DNA of 64,000 nt from Candidatus Dadabacteria bacterium (GTDB taxonomy: Bacteria > Desulfobacterota_D > UBA1144 > Nemesobacterales > Nemesobacteraceae). How positions within the stretch are numbered: position 1 is the stretch's first letter; every line of letters starts with the position of its first letter. The stretch spans positions 198,222-262,221 of the forward strand of contig VXNX01000013.1 of the NCBI GenBank assembly GCA_009840385.1, written 5' to 3'. The notes beneath the pieces were generated by a model, which did not search any database, had not been told where the DNA came from, and saw nothing but the letters and a program-made list of their open reading frames with translations. This document shows, piece by piece, positions 47,809 to 56,673 of this stretch. The position numbers and the translations under genes are program-made.

Positions 47809-49608
47809 TCAGGTTCTTTTAAACATCTTCTCGAGCATATTGTACGATATCCGGGCCGCAACCGGCCGGCCGTGAGGACAGGCGTGAGGATTTTCAGAAG
47901 CGTCCATATCCGCAAAAAGAGCCATCGCCTCCTCTTGGGAAAGCATACGGTTTGCAGTTATTGAACTGTGGCACGCCATCGTAGCGCACACGGTGTCAAG
48001 ATGTTCCCTCAGACTCCTGGGATCGCCGAAACCGTCAAGCTCATCAAACAGATCACTGAAAACCCGGGAGTAATCAGAGTCTCTCAGGAATCCCGGAACG
48101 GATTTCACCCTTACCGCGGTTTCTCCGAAAATCTCAAAATCAAAACCGAGCTTCCCCATCTCATCCGCGAACCGTTGGGCCACACTTATCTCCCGAACCG
48201 TAAGTTCGATGACTTCGGGAATGAGAAGTTTCTGGGAACAGGAAGAAGTCTCTTCAAGGTAAGATCTCTTTATTCTCTCGAAGTTAACCCGCTCATGGGC
48301 CGCGTGCTGATCAACAAGGATGATCCCGTCGGAATTCTCACATACTAGATACAGTTTCCCGACCTGTCCCAAAAACCTGAGGCTTGAGTAAAAGCCGTCG
48401 GAGAACATGTCCTCTTTCGCAAGCGGGGGGGATTTCTCAAATACAGCGGAAGCGCCGTGGTGGGAGCTGGAAGACCCCAATTCGGACTCGTAGGCAACTT
48501 GAGTGGAAGTCCTCTTGGCCGAAGATGCGGCGGCGTAATTCCTCCTCTCGGAGGATCCCGAGTCCTTCTGCCCCTTGTAATAATCTTCAAGGGCCTTTCG
48601 GGTTCTTTCCCCGTGTCCTTTCATCCACGGGGCATCGGCAAGCATACCGCTTATCGCACGGCGGATACTCTGGCCAACTTCGTACTGGTTCTCAAACATC
48701 ACCTCACTTTTAGTCGGGTGTACATTCACGTCCACAAGAGCGGGATCCCTTTCAATGAAGATCACTCCCTGGGGATACTTTCCCTTTTCGAGCATCCTTC
48801 CGTAGCAATCCATTATGATCCTGTTTATAAAACGGTCCCTTACGGGTCTTGCGTTCACGTAAGTAAACAGCCTGCGCATCGAGGAGCGGGGGTCCAGAGG
48901 ACTTCCCAGAAAGCCGTGCAGCGCAAGCACCTCGTCTTCAAATTCTATTTCGTAAAGCGATGTGCCCGGAATTATCTGCGCTACGCGCTGTGCGAGCGAT
49001 TCGCTTGCGCCGTAGCGATGGATATTCTTCCCGTCCGAAAAAATCTCAAAAGACACTCCAGGCCTTGACAGGGATTCGCGCTGGATAGCCTCAAGAACCC
49101 TGCCAAGTTCGGTTTCCGGCTTTTTAAGAAATTTAAGGCGCGGCGGCGTATTGAAAAACAGGTTTTTAACCTCAACTGAAGAACCTACGGGAGAGGCCGA
49201 CTCCTTCACCTTCCTCATGACCCCGCCTTCGATGTAGATTTCGGTGCCAGATTTAGACCCCTCAGCACCCGTTATCATCCTGAACCTTGAAACGCTGGCT
49301 ATGCTCGGAAGCGCCTCGCCGCGAAAACCGAGAGTTCCTATAGAGAAGAGATCGTCAATATCCCTTATTTTGCTCGTGGCGTGGCGTTCAATGCTCATAA
49401 GGGCGTCATCCCGGGACATCCCGTGGCCGTTATCTACTACCCTTATAAGTCTCTTGCCTCCGGCTTGAAGATGTATGGATATCCTGGTCGCCCCGGCATC
49501 AATTGAGTTTTCAACAAGTTCTTTTACTACAGAAGCCGGTCTCTCGACTATTTCTCCGGCTGCTATCTTGGAGACAAGGACATCAGGGAGCGTTCTTATC
49601 TTTGCCAT
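47809..49608 (-). CDS. mutL: DNA mismatch repair protein MutL
   Basis: GHKL ATPase N-terminus IAAGEIVERPASVVKELVENSIDAG…VVDNGHGM, C-terminal dimerisation domain, 599 aa. Confidence 0.93.
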   Translation of the reverse strand: MAKIRTLPDVLVSKIAAGEIVERPASVVKELVENSIDAGATRISIHLQAGGKRLIRVVDNGHGMSRDDALMSIERHATSKIRDIDDLFSIGTLGFRGEALPSIASVSRFRMITGAEGSKSGTEIYIEGGVMRKVKESASPVGSSVEVKNLFFNTPPRLKFLKKPETELGRVLEAIQRESLSRPGVSFEIFSDGKNIHRYGASESLAQRVAQIIPGTSLYEIEFEDEVLALHGFLGSPLDPRSSMRRLFTYVNARPVRDRFINRIIMDCYGRMLEKGKYPQGVIFIERDPALVDVNVHPTKSEVMFENQYEVGQSIRRAISGMLADAPWMKGHGERTRKALEDYYKGQKDSGSSERRNYAAASSAKRTSTQVAYESELGSSSSHHGASAVFEKSPPLAKEDMFSDGFYSSLRFLGQVGKLYLVCENSDGIILVDQHAAHERVNFERIKRSYLEETSSCSQKLLIPEVIELTVREISVAQRFADEMGKLGFDFEIFGETAVRVKSVPGFLRDSDYSRVFSDLFDELDGFGDPRSLREHLDTVCATMACHSSITANRMLSQEEAMALFADMDASENPHACPHGRPVAARISYNMLEKMFKRT

Positions 49609-49766
49609 TAATACTTCAGAAGAGCTTCAACACAATAAACAGAATAAGTATAACAAGGGGCAAAATGACTGCGGCAACCGAGAAAAATGAAAAAACTGAG
49701 AGGGTTTTTTTCGCATGCGTCCCGAAAACGTCCTGCGACTGTTCTTCTACCACGCCGAAATATTTC

Positions 49767-50105
49767 TTAAACATCTTTACCTTCCTCAGACGGCGCGGGA
49801 GGCATTTTTTCCGTCCTAGCTCTGTTAAGCGACTCCACCAAAGATTCGACTGAGACCGCCGGAAGGGTTATCAGTTCGACCGTCCCCCTGGAGCAGAGAT
49901 CCACCGAGACTTTTCCTATGGTCTCGTTATCGGGCGCCTCCACTATGTTCACAAAATCGTACCTGCCCAGAGTCGCGTACTGCTCGATAACCCTCACGCC
50001 TATATCCTCAAGCTCCTTGTCAACTTCCTTTATTCTCCCGGGTCGCTCCTTCACGGTTTTTCTGCCCTCTGGGGTAAGCCTGCTGAGTAATATATAAATT
50101 GCCAT
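49767..50105 (-). CDS. GYD-domain protein
   Basis: 112 aa with a TLGRYDFVNIVEAPD motif. Confidence 0.6.
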   Translation of the reverse strand: MAIYILLSRLTPEGRKTVKERPGRIKEVDKELEDIGVRVIEQYATLGRYDFVNIVEAPDNETIGKVSVDLCSRGTVELITLPAVSVESLVESLNRARTEKMPPAPSEEGKDV

Positions 50106-50287
50106 TGAAAAAACCTGCTGTTTCTATGAGTTGCGGCGAATCGTGTGCTGAAATAACCTTCGGTTGCCGGTTAGCTGTTCTAGATTTATAACCTTTTTGC
50201 AAGATATCTCAAGAAAAAAAGCCCCTCCCCGGAACTTCCATAACAAAAACTCTCCGTTATATTATTATAAGCATTCTTTCAGACCTG

Positions 50288-51550
50288 ATGAAAAGCATAC
50301 TCCACGTTGCGACAATCACTCTTGCTGTTCTGCTTTTTCCGCTTTTACTTTCTCCGCGGGCGGAGGTGGCTTACGCACAGGCAAATCCGCGGGAAGAACT
50401 CAGCGTAAAAGACTACTCGTGGAAATCCTACGGAGTGGGACGCATGGCGACGCTTGGGGAAGTAACCGTCGCAAACTCGGGCAAAAACAGCTACAAGAAC
50501 ATCAAAATCAGGGTCGATCTGTTTACGAGAACAGGCAAGCTTCTGGGATCGCTTCAAGGGACAATACCCGAGGAATTGCCCGCCGAAAGTGAAAAAACCT
50601 TCTCCGACCTGGATCTGGGGCTTATGAACTCGGATCTTGAAGAGTCTGAAGCGATGGTAGTGGGAGCAGAAGTATCGGGAAGCTCTTCGTCCACAAGTGC
50701 CGAGAACGTGATTTTTATAAAAAACTGGGAGTTTGAAGGCGCAAGCTTCGGAACTGAAGGCTTCATAACGGAAATCACCCTTGAGAACACCGGAAAAATC
50801 CACTTCAAAAATATAAAGATACTTTTAACGGAAAAAGATGGTGGAGACAGGCCGGGGAGCACTCACCTGTCCTCGGTGGTAATACATGACGTTCTCCCAG
50901 CCGGAGCGGAAAGAACTTTTACGGGAATAAACGTGGGCTTCTCGAGTCCGAACGCTCTTGAGAGATCAATCGCCATCTCAGGAGCCGTGCCTGTAACAAC
51001 AAAGGAACTCAACTACATCCTTGGGGGCGGGGGAAGCATCGGCGAGAAGATAAAGGAAAAAATCAGCTCCGTGAGCATACTTCGGAAAAAAGACGGAGAG
51101 AAAAAAGCTGAGTCCCAACAAAAGATATCATCTCCGGATAAAGCTGAAAGCGGCTATGAAGGCGGAGCGGAGAGCCCTCCCCCTTCAGCCGAGACAGCTA
51201 TGGAGAGAAACACCCAGCCCTATCAGGAACAACTCAGTGAACCTTTCCCTAAACACGATATAGTCATAAGGGAATTTAAATGGGGAAGCGGAATCCCCGG
51301 ATCAACCGCGACGCTAAGCAAACTCGTCATCGAAAACATAAGCGACATCACTTACGAGAAAATAGAGTTTGAAATAGAGTTTTTTACATCCTCTAATGCA
51401 CCTTTCGGATCAAACCGCTTCAAGGTGAAGAAAGTCCTCGCTCCGGGACAGGTGATGCGACTGAAAAATGTTCAGGTCGGGTTTATAAGTAAACTTCCCG
51501 ACCCGAATTATATAAAGCTCAGAGTGGTAAAAGCAAAAGTGGTAATGTAA
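50288..51550 (+). CDS. Secreted protein with three tandem ~120-aa repeats of an unassigned domain
   Basis: Signal peptide. Repeats carry …VTVANSGKNSYKNIKIRV…, …ITLENTGKIHFKNIKILL… and …VIENISDITYEKIEFEIEF…, each followed by a …F(S/T)… segment. Confidence 0.55.
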   Translation: MKSILHVATITLAVLLFPLLLSPRAEVAYAQANPREELSVKDYSWKSYGVGRMATLGEVTVANSGKNSYKNIKIRVDLFTRTGKLLGSLQGTIPEELPAESEKTFSDLDLGLMNSDLEESEAMVVGAEVSGSSSSTSAENVIFIKNWEFEGASFGTEGFITEITLENTGKIHFKNIKILLTEKDGGDRPGSTHLSSVVIHDVLPAGAERTFTGINVGFSSPNALERSIAISGAVPVTTKELNYILGGGGSIGEKIKEKISSVSILRKKDGEKKAESQQKISSPDKAESGYEGGAESPPPSAETAMERNTQPYQEQLSEPFPKHDIVIREFKWGSGIPGSTATLSKLVIENISDITYEKIEFEIEFFTSSNAPFGSNRFKVKKVLAPGQVMRLKNVQVGFISKLPDPNYIKLRVVKAKVVM

Positions 51551-51604
51551 GAAACTTACGCCTGAGTACTGAATGGGGGAGGGATTAAAGCGCTTGGGAA
51601 CTCT

Positions 51605-51826
51605 CTAGTTCCCCACTAACTCAAGGGATTCTTTTATCGTTTCGACCAGCTTGTCCCTGAACTGCTCTATTCCTTCAAAAGGAACCACTATGCTGGATCT
51701 GCCGCCGCTTAGTTCCGTAATCCTCAGGTACTGACCCTTGTGGTTCTCCTTAACGTCAAAGAAAAACCTCTTGGATTCAATATCGACGTGGTTACTAACA
51801 TGCTCCTTTTCTGTCCTTTCTTCCAT
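51605..51826 (-). CDS. Small Pur-alpha-like (DUF3276-type) nucleic-acid-binding protein, putative
   Basis: 73 aa. KRFFFDVKENHKGQYLRITE resembles the bacterial PUR-repeat motif. Confidence 0.4.
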   Translation of the reverse strand: MEERTEKEHVSNHVDIESKRFFFDVKENHKGQYLRITELSGGRSSIVVPFEGIEQFRDKLVETIKESLELVGN

Positions 51827-51957
51827 CTAATTCTGCCTCCTAGAAAAATTTGTTGGAACAATTATTGGAGCATGACTATAACCCCTTAAAAGCAAAAAGC
51901 AAACAATTCTTTCCTAGCCGCGCAAATGCTGATATATTCAGGGGGAAAACTCCAAAA

Positions 51958-52392
51958 ATGTCCAGAATAAAAATAGATATCCCCAGCAGATTCGTCTTCT
52001 CAACGCAAATCCCGATAAGAATAGACGACATAAACTACGGTTCCCATCTCGGACACGATTCCGTGCTCACTCTGACGCATGAGGCTCGCGTGAGGTTCCT
52101 CACAACCCATGGTTACACCGAAGACGACATAGAGGGGGTGGGAATCATAATGGGAGACGTGGGGATTACCTACAGTTCAGAAGCATTTTACGGAGACGTA
52201 CTAGAAATAAGCATAGGCATCGGTGAATACGGCAACCATTTTTGCGAACTTGTCTATGTGCTTGTGAACGAAAAAAGCGGTAAAGAGGTTGCGAGGGTGA
52301 AAACCTCGCTCGTGTTCTTTGACTACAAAGAGAGAAAGACCGTGCGGATGCCGGAAGAATTCCGAAGAAAAATCATCCCCGAAACAGAGTAA
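51958..52392 (+). CDS. Hotdog-fold acyl-CoA thioesterase (4HBT/YbgC-like)
   Basis: ~144 aa, …DINYGSHLGHDSVLTLTHEAR…. Confidence 0.7.
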   Translation: MSRIKIDIPSRFVFSTQIPIRIDDINYGSHLGHDSVLTLTHEARVRFLTTHGYTEDDIEGVGIIMGDVGITYSSEAFYGDVLEISIGIGEYGNHFCELVYVLVNEKSGKEVARVKTSLVFFDYKERKTVRMPEEFRRKIIPETE

Positions 52393-52420
52393 TAATCATC
52401 GCAATCTCACATGTCCGCCG

Positions 52421-53890
52421 CTACTGTTTCTTTTTGACGGCGTAGCCGATGTAAATGGTGTTTTTGCGTTTTTTTACCAGAAAAAGATACTTTTTCCCGG
52501 GTTCCAAGCGGCTAATGACCTTGTTGTAGTCCCCTAGGTTCGCCACGGGGCTTTTGTCAACCTCGAGTATCACGTCCCCAGGACGAAATCCCGCTTCCCA
52601 AGCAGAACTGCCACGGCTTACGTTGGTAACCAGAACTCCGGTTTCATCTTCAATGCCGAACCGTGAGGCGATATCCGGGGTAATGTCGCTTAATTCAATA
52701 TCCTCGTCCTGCCGGGATTCGGCGGCAGTCTTATCATCCGGCATCTCACCAAGAACAACGGAGATGTCCTTACGCTTCCCGTCGCGGAGAACCGTGAGTT
52801 TAGAAGAAGTGCCGGGAGCCTTCATTGCCACGAGTTTGGACAAAGACGTAAACTCCTTTATAGGATTTCCGTCAAACTCCACTACCACGTCTCCCCTTTT
52901 AAGACCCGCCTTTTCCGCGGGGCTTCCCGGGCTTATATCGGATATAAGAGCCCCGTCCGTACTTTCATGGCCCATGCTCTCCGCAATCTCCTGCGTTATG
53001 GGCTGGATGATGACCCCAAGCCATCCTCTTACCACCTTGCCTTTCTCCATTAGCTGGGATATGACTCCCTTGGCCATGTTAGCGGGGATGGAAAAACCTA
53101 TTCCCTGCCCCCTAGCAGCTATCGCAGTGTTAACCCCGACCACCTCTCCTCCCAGATTAAAAAGCGGACCTCCGCTGTTCCCTGGGTTAAGCGATGCGTC
53201 GGTCTGAATGAAGTCATCGTAGGCACCGAGACCCAGAGATCTTCCCTTCGCGCTTACTATTCCGACCGTGACAGTGTAGCCAAGACCGAAGGGGTTTCCG
53301 ATGGCCATGACCCAGTCGCCGATCCTCAGTTTTCCGGAATCTCCGAAAACAACGGGCTTAAGTTTTTTTTCAGGTTTTATCTTCAGCACCGCGAGATCTG
53401 TCTTTATGTCCTGTCCGACAATCTCGGCCGTATATCTTGACCCGTCGTAAAGAACGACTTGTATATCTTCTGCCCTGCTAATCACGTGGTTGTTGGTTAC
53501 TATGAAACCGTTTTTGCTGACTATGAACCCGGAGCCCAGCCCCTTTTTCCTGAACTCCCGCTCTCGGTCGTTCGGAAAAAATCTCTTGAAAAACTCCTCG
53601 AAAACATCTCCCTCGCCGAAATCAGGGAACATGGGTCCTCGTTTTACGACACTTGTGGTGCTTATGTTCACAACCGAATGTTTTTGCTTCTCGACAAGAC
53701 CAGAGAGAGAGGGAAAAGTCTCCGTAGAACCTGAAGAAGAAAGAAGCTCAGGGGCGCTTTCGCCCGACAGCAGTTCAGAGGTCTTATCATCTTCCTCTAC
53801 TTTTGCGCATGAAAGAGAACCAACAAGCAGAAAACAGGCAGCAAAAAACAAGAAAACAGTTTTTTTCATAGTTAAAGCCTCCAGATTCAT
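52421..53890 (-). CDS. htrA: Periplasmic serine endoprotease DegP/HtrA (Do family) with two PDZ domains
   Basis: Signal peptide. Catalytic triad contexts TNNHVI, D and GNSGGPL. Two PDZ domains. Confidence 0.92.
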   Translation of the reverse strand: MNLEALTMKKTVFLFFAACFLLVGSLSCAKVEEDDKTSELLSGESAPELLSSSGSTETFPSLSGLVEKQKHSVVNISTTSVVKRGPMFPDFGEGDVFEEFFKRFFPNDREREFRKKGLGSGFIVSKNGFIVTNNHVISRAEDIQVVLYDGSRYTAEIVGQDIKTDLAVLKIKPEKKLKPVVFGDSGKLRIGDWVMAIGNPFGLGYTVTVGIVSAKGRSLGLGAYDDFIQTDASLNPGNSGGPLFNLGGEVVGVNTAIAARGQGIGFSIPANMAKGVISQLMEKGKVVRGWLGVIIQPITQEIAESMGHESTDGALISDISPGSPAEKAGLKRGDVVVEFDGNPIKEFTSLSKLVAMKAPGTSSKLTVLRDGKRKDISVVLGEMPDDKTAAESRQDEDIELSDITPDIASRFGIEDETGVLVTNVSRGSSAWEAGFRPGDVILEVDKSPVANLGDYNKVISRLEPGKKYLFLVKKRKNTIYIGYAVKKKQ

Positions 53891-54399
53891 TTCAGCATTC
53901 CAACTATTTTATCAGCAACTTCGGAAATACTCATATCATCCGTAAAAACAATATGCGGCAGGCGTTCGTAAATATCTTTTCTTTTCATGAAAAGCTTCTG
54001 GAACTCAGCACGAGGATCCTTGACATCAAGAAGGGGCCTTCCCTTCTTGCGCCTTACCCTGTTCCAGAGGGTATCAATATCCGCCTTGAGATAGAAGACC
54101 TCGCCCGAGGCACTCATTATGTCCCGGTTCTTTTCCCGTAGGACCACTCCTCCTCCAGTCGAGATCACAGTCGGGGACGCTTTCTGCGAGAGAACCTCAA
54201 GTATTTCGGTTTCCTTCTCCCTGAAGCCATCCTCCCCGTCCGTCGCGAAGATCTCGGTTACCGAAAGCCCACGGGCCCTTTCCACTTCACTGTCAAGATC
54301 ATAGAAATCCACATGCAGCTTCCGGGAAAGCTCCCGGCCAACGCTGGTTTTGCCCGCTCCCATGAACCCCGCAAGGAAAATGTGTCGTTTCTCGCTCAA
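53887..54399 (-). CDS. aroK: Shikimate kinase (probable TTG start giving MSEKRHIFLAGFMGAGKT; the ORF extends to 54471)
   Basis: P-loop GFMGAGKTSVG, …ISTGGG…, ~170 aa. Confidence 0.85.
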   Translation of the reverse strand: MSEKRHIFLAGFMGAGKTSVGRELSRKLHVDFYDLDSEVERARGLSVTEIFATDGEDGFREKETEILEVLSQKASPTVISTGGGVVLREKNRDIMSASGEVFYLKADIDTLWNRVRRKKGRPLLDVKDPRAEFQKLFMKRKDIYERLPHIVFTDDMSISEVADKIVGMLK

Positions 54400-54406
54400 G
54401 TCACTG

Positions 54407-55039
54407 CTACAGTTTTCTTCCGACAGAAGAACCCTTGGCAGGGGTATCTGTGCCGGAGAGCATTTTCTCAACGTACTTGCCTATTATGTCGCACTCTATG
54501 TTAACTTCCCTGCCCCGGCGAAACTCAGAAAACGTCGTTTCCCGAAGCGTGTAAGGAATTATGTTTACCGAGAACTCCACACCCCTTACCGAATTAACGG
54601 TGAGACTCACGCCGTCAACGGCAACCGATCCTTTTTCAACCACATATTTTGCAAGCGCAGCGGGGATCGAGAAAGAAAAAACCCGGGATTCCCCGACCGG
54701 GGCAGTAGACTGAACGGCCCCTACCCCATCCACATGACCTGTGACGATATGTCCACCCATCCTGTCTCCGACCCGAAGAGATCTCTCAAGATTTACTCCG
54801 CTTCCCGCCCGAAGGCCGGAGAGATTAGTTCTTGAGAGGGTTTCGTGGGAAGCGTCAACAGAAAAACTCCCGTCCTCCACTGAAACCACCGTAAGGCATA
54901 CGCCGTTTACAGCCACGCTCTCCCCCAGAACAAGTTCCCCAGCATCAATTTTCCGAACCCCGACTCTTAAAACAACTCCCTTGTCTTTTTCCTCAAGCGC
55001 CTGGAGCACTCCAATATCTTCAACTATCCCGCTAAACAT
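54407..55039 (-). CDS. ribE: Riboflavin synthase (alpha subunit)
   Basis: MFSGIVEDIG… and duplicated GxSxAVNGVCLTV / VDGVSLTV motifs. Confidence 0.92.
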   Translation of the reverse strand: MFSGIVEDIGVLQALEEKDKGVVLRVGVRKIDAGELVLGESVAVNGVCLTVVSVEDGSFSVDASHETLSRTNLSGLRAGSGVNLERSLRVGDRMGGHIVTGHVDGVGAVQSTAPVGESRVFSFSIPAALAKYVVEKGSVAVDGVSLTVNSVRGVEFSVNIIPYTLRETTFSEFRRGREVNIECDIIGKYVEKMLSGTDTPAKGSSVGRKL

Positions 55040-55528
55040 CTACCTCTCCTTGTTCCGTCCCACAACCCCGGAAATCAGAATCGAAATCGCTCCGACCGTG
55101 ATCGCGGAATCAGCCACGTTAAACGGTGGCCAGAGCAGATCAGGATTTCCCGGCCAGTAGACCGCGATAAAATCGGTCACGTATCCGTAGGCAAACCTGT
55201 CTATTGAGTTTCCAATCGCTCCTCCAAGCACAAAAGCCAGAGCATACCGAAAGAGCCTCTGTTCCTCCTCCAGCCTGCGAAGAAAGAAAAAAATCACGAT
55301 CAGCACCAGAACGAAAACGGCAATGTAAAAGTAGAATCTTATATCCTCGGACATGTTCCTTAGCATGCCAAACGCGATTCCGGGGTTTCGCAGATGCGTT
55401 ATATCAAACCAGGAAAACACGTTTATCCTCGAGAGAAGCGGCACGTGCGCCTTGACGAGCCACTTAGTCAGCTGGTCAAGCGCCACGATCAAAAAAGATA
55501 TAACGAACACGCCCAGATAATTTCTCAT
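55040..55528 (-). CDS. lspA: Lipoprotein signal peptidase (signal peptidase II)
   Basis: 4-TM, DQLTKW, NPGIAFGM and FNVADSAI motifs, 162 aa. Confidence 0.92.
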   Translation of the reverse strand: MRNYLGVFVISFLIVALDQLTKWLVKAHVPLLSRINVFSWFDITHLRNPGIAFGMLRNMSEDIRFYFYIAVFVLVLIVIFFFLRRLEEEQRLFRYALAFVLGGAIGNSIDRFAYGYVTDFIAVYWPGNPDLLWPPFNVADSAITVGAISILISGVVGRNKER

Positions 55529-55557
55529 GAAAAAGACAAAGAAGCCCGGCTGACCGC

Positions 55558-56145
55558 TCAGCCTCCCTCCAGTCGAAACTCTATCGGAACCTTAACCCAG
55601 CTTGATACCGCCTTGAAGCCCCTCTGGGCCGGGACGAATTTCCATCTTTTTACAGCCTTCAAAGCAGCATTATCAAGAACCTTGTGACCGGAGGATCTGA
55701 AGATGGTCACTTCATCAACCTCGCCGTTTGGAAGCACATGTGCGTTAAGCAACACGCTTCCCTCGTAACCGCGCCTTATTGCAACCGCGGGATAGCCGGG
55801 TCTGGGAGTAAAACCGTAAGAGGGCCTCGCGCTCGCGTAAGTCTCATCAGGTTCCTCGGCCGGAGCGGATTTTTCTTCCTTTTTGAGCGCCAGGGAATCA
55901 TCCCGCTTTTCCACTTTCTTTACGGTTTCTTCCTTTTTCTTCTCGACAACCTTCTTTTTCTTTACGACTTTTTCCGCGGGTGCGGGTTTTTTGAATTCAA
56001 AACGCCTGAGGGAAACCTCTATGTGATCGCCGTATACAGGAACGCTTCTCTGCACGACAATCTTCCCCCAAGCAAAAGAGATAAGAACATGGAAGGCAAT
56101 TGAAAACAGTATGAATTTCCTAAGATTGTCAACCGGCCCGCCCAT
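55558..56145 (-). CDS. TonB-family energy transducer (C-terminal TonB domain)
   Basis: N-terminal TM, Lys/Glu/Pro-rich linker, C-terminal …GYEGSVLLNAHVLPNGEV…AALKAVKRWKFVPA. Confidence 0.8.
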   Translation of the reverse strand: MGGPVDNLRKFILFSIAFHVLISFAWGKIVVQRSVPVYGDHIEVSLRRFEFKKPAPAEKVVKKKKVVEKKKEETVKKVEKRDDSLALKKEEKSAPAEEPDETYASARPSYGFTPRPGYPAVAIRRGYEGSVLLNAHVLPNGEVDEVTIFRSSGHKVLDNAALKAVKRWKFVPAQRGFKAVSSWVKVPIEFRLEGG

Positions 56146-56154
56146 ACCAAAACA

Positions 56155-56634
56155 CTATTCTATACTAAGAACCAGAAATTCCTTAATTCCTCCGGGAACC
56201 CTGACCTGTATCTCGTCATCAACCCTCTTACCGATAAGCGCGCTGCCGACCGGAGAGGTAACGGATATGAAGCCATTTTCAGGTTCGGATTCATCCTCTC
56301 CCACGAGCTTATATTTTCTTATATCACCGGAATCGACATCCTCAACCGTAACCGTAAGACCGAAGACAACCCTGTCCCGCGCGGTGATTTTCTCGGGGTC
56401 GATCACCTCCGCTCGGCCAAGGCGGCCTTCTATTTCCAGTATCCTGCCCTCTATGAATGACTGTTTCTGCTTGGCGGTCTCGTACTCGGCGTTTTCAGAA
56501 AGATCCCCTAGAGATCTCGCGTACTCTATGAGCTTGATAACTTCCTGTCTTTCGACGGTCTTTAGCCTGTGAAGCTCGTCCCGAAGCTTTTTCCATCCAT
56601 CGGGAGTAATTAAAACTCTTTGGCCACTCATCAA
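56155..56634 (-). CDS. greA: Transcription elongation factor GreA
   Basis: ITPDGWKKLRDEL…GDLSENAEYE… motifs, 159 aa. Confidence 0.93.
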   Translation of the reverse strand: MMSGQRVLITPDGWKKLRDELHRLKTVERQEVIKLIEYARSLGDLSENAEYETAKQKQSFIEGRILEIEGRLGRAEVIDPEKITARDRVVFGLTVTVEDVDSGDIRKYKLVGEDESEPENGFISVTSPVGSALIGKRVDDEIQVRVPGGIKEFLVLSIE

Positions 56635-56673
56635 TATATCCTCTGCGTCCCAATCATCGTCCCCGTATCCTTG

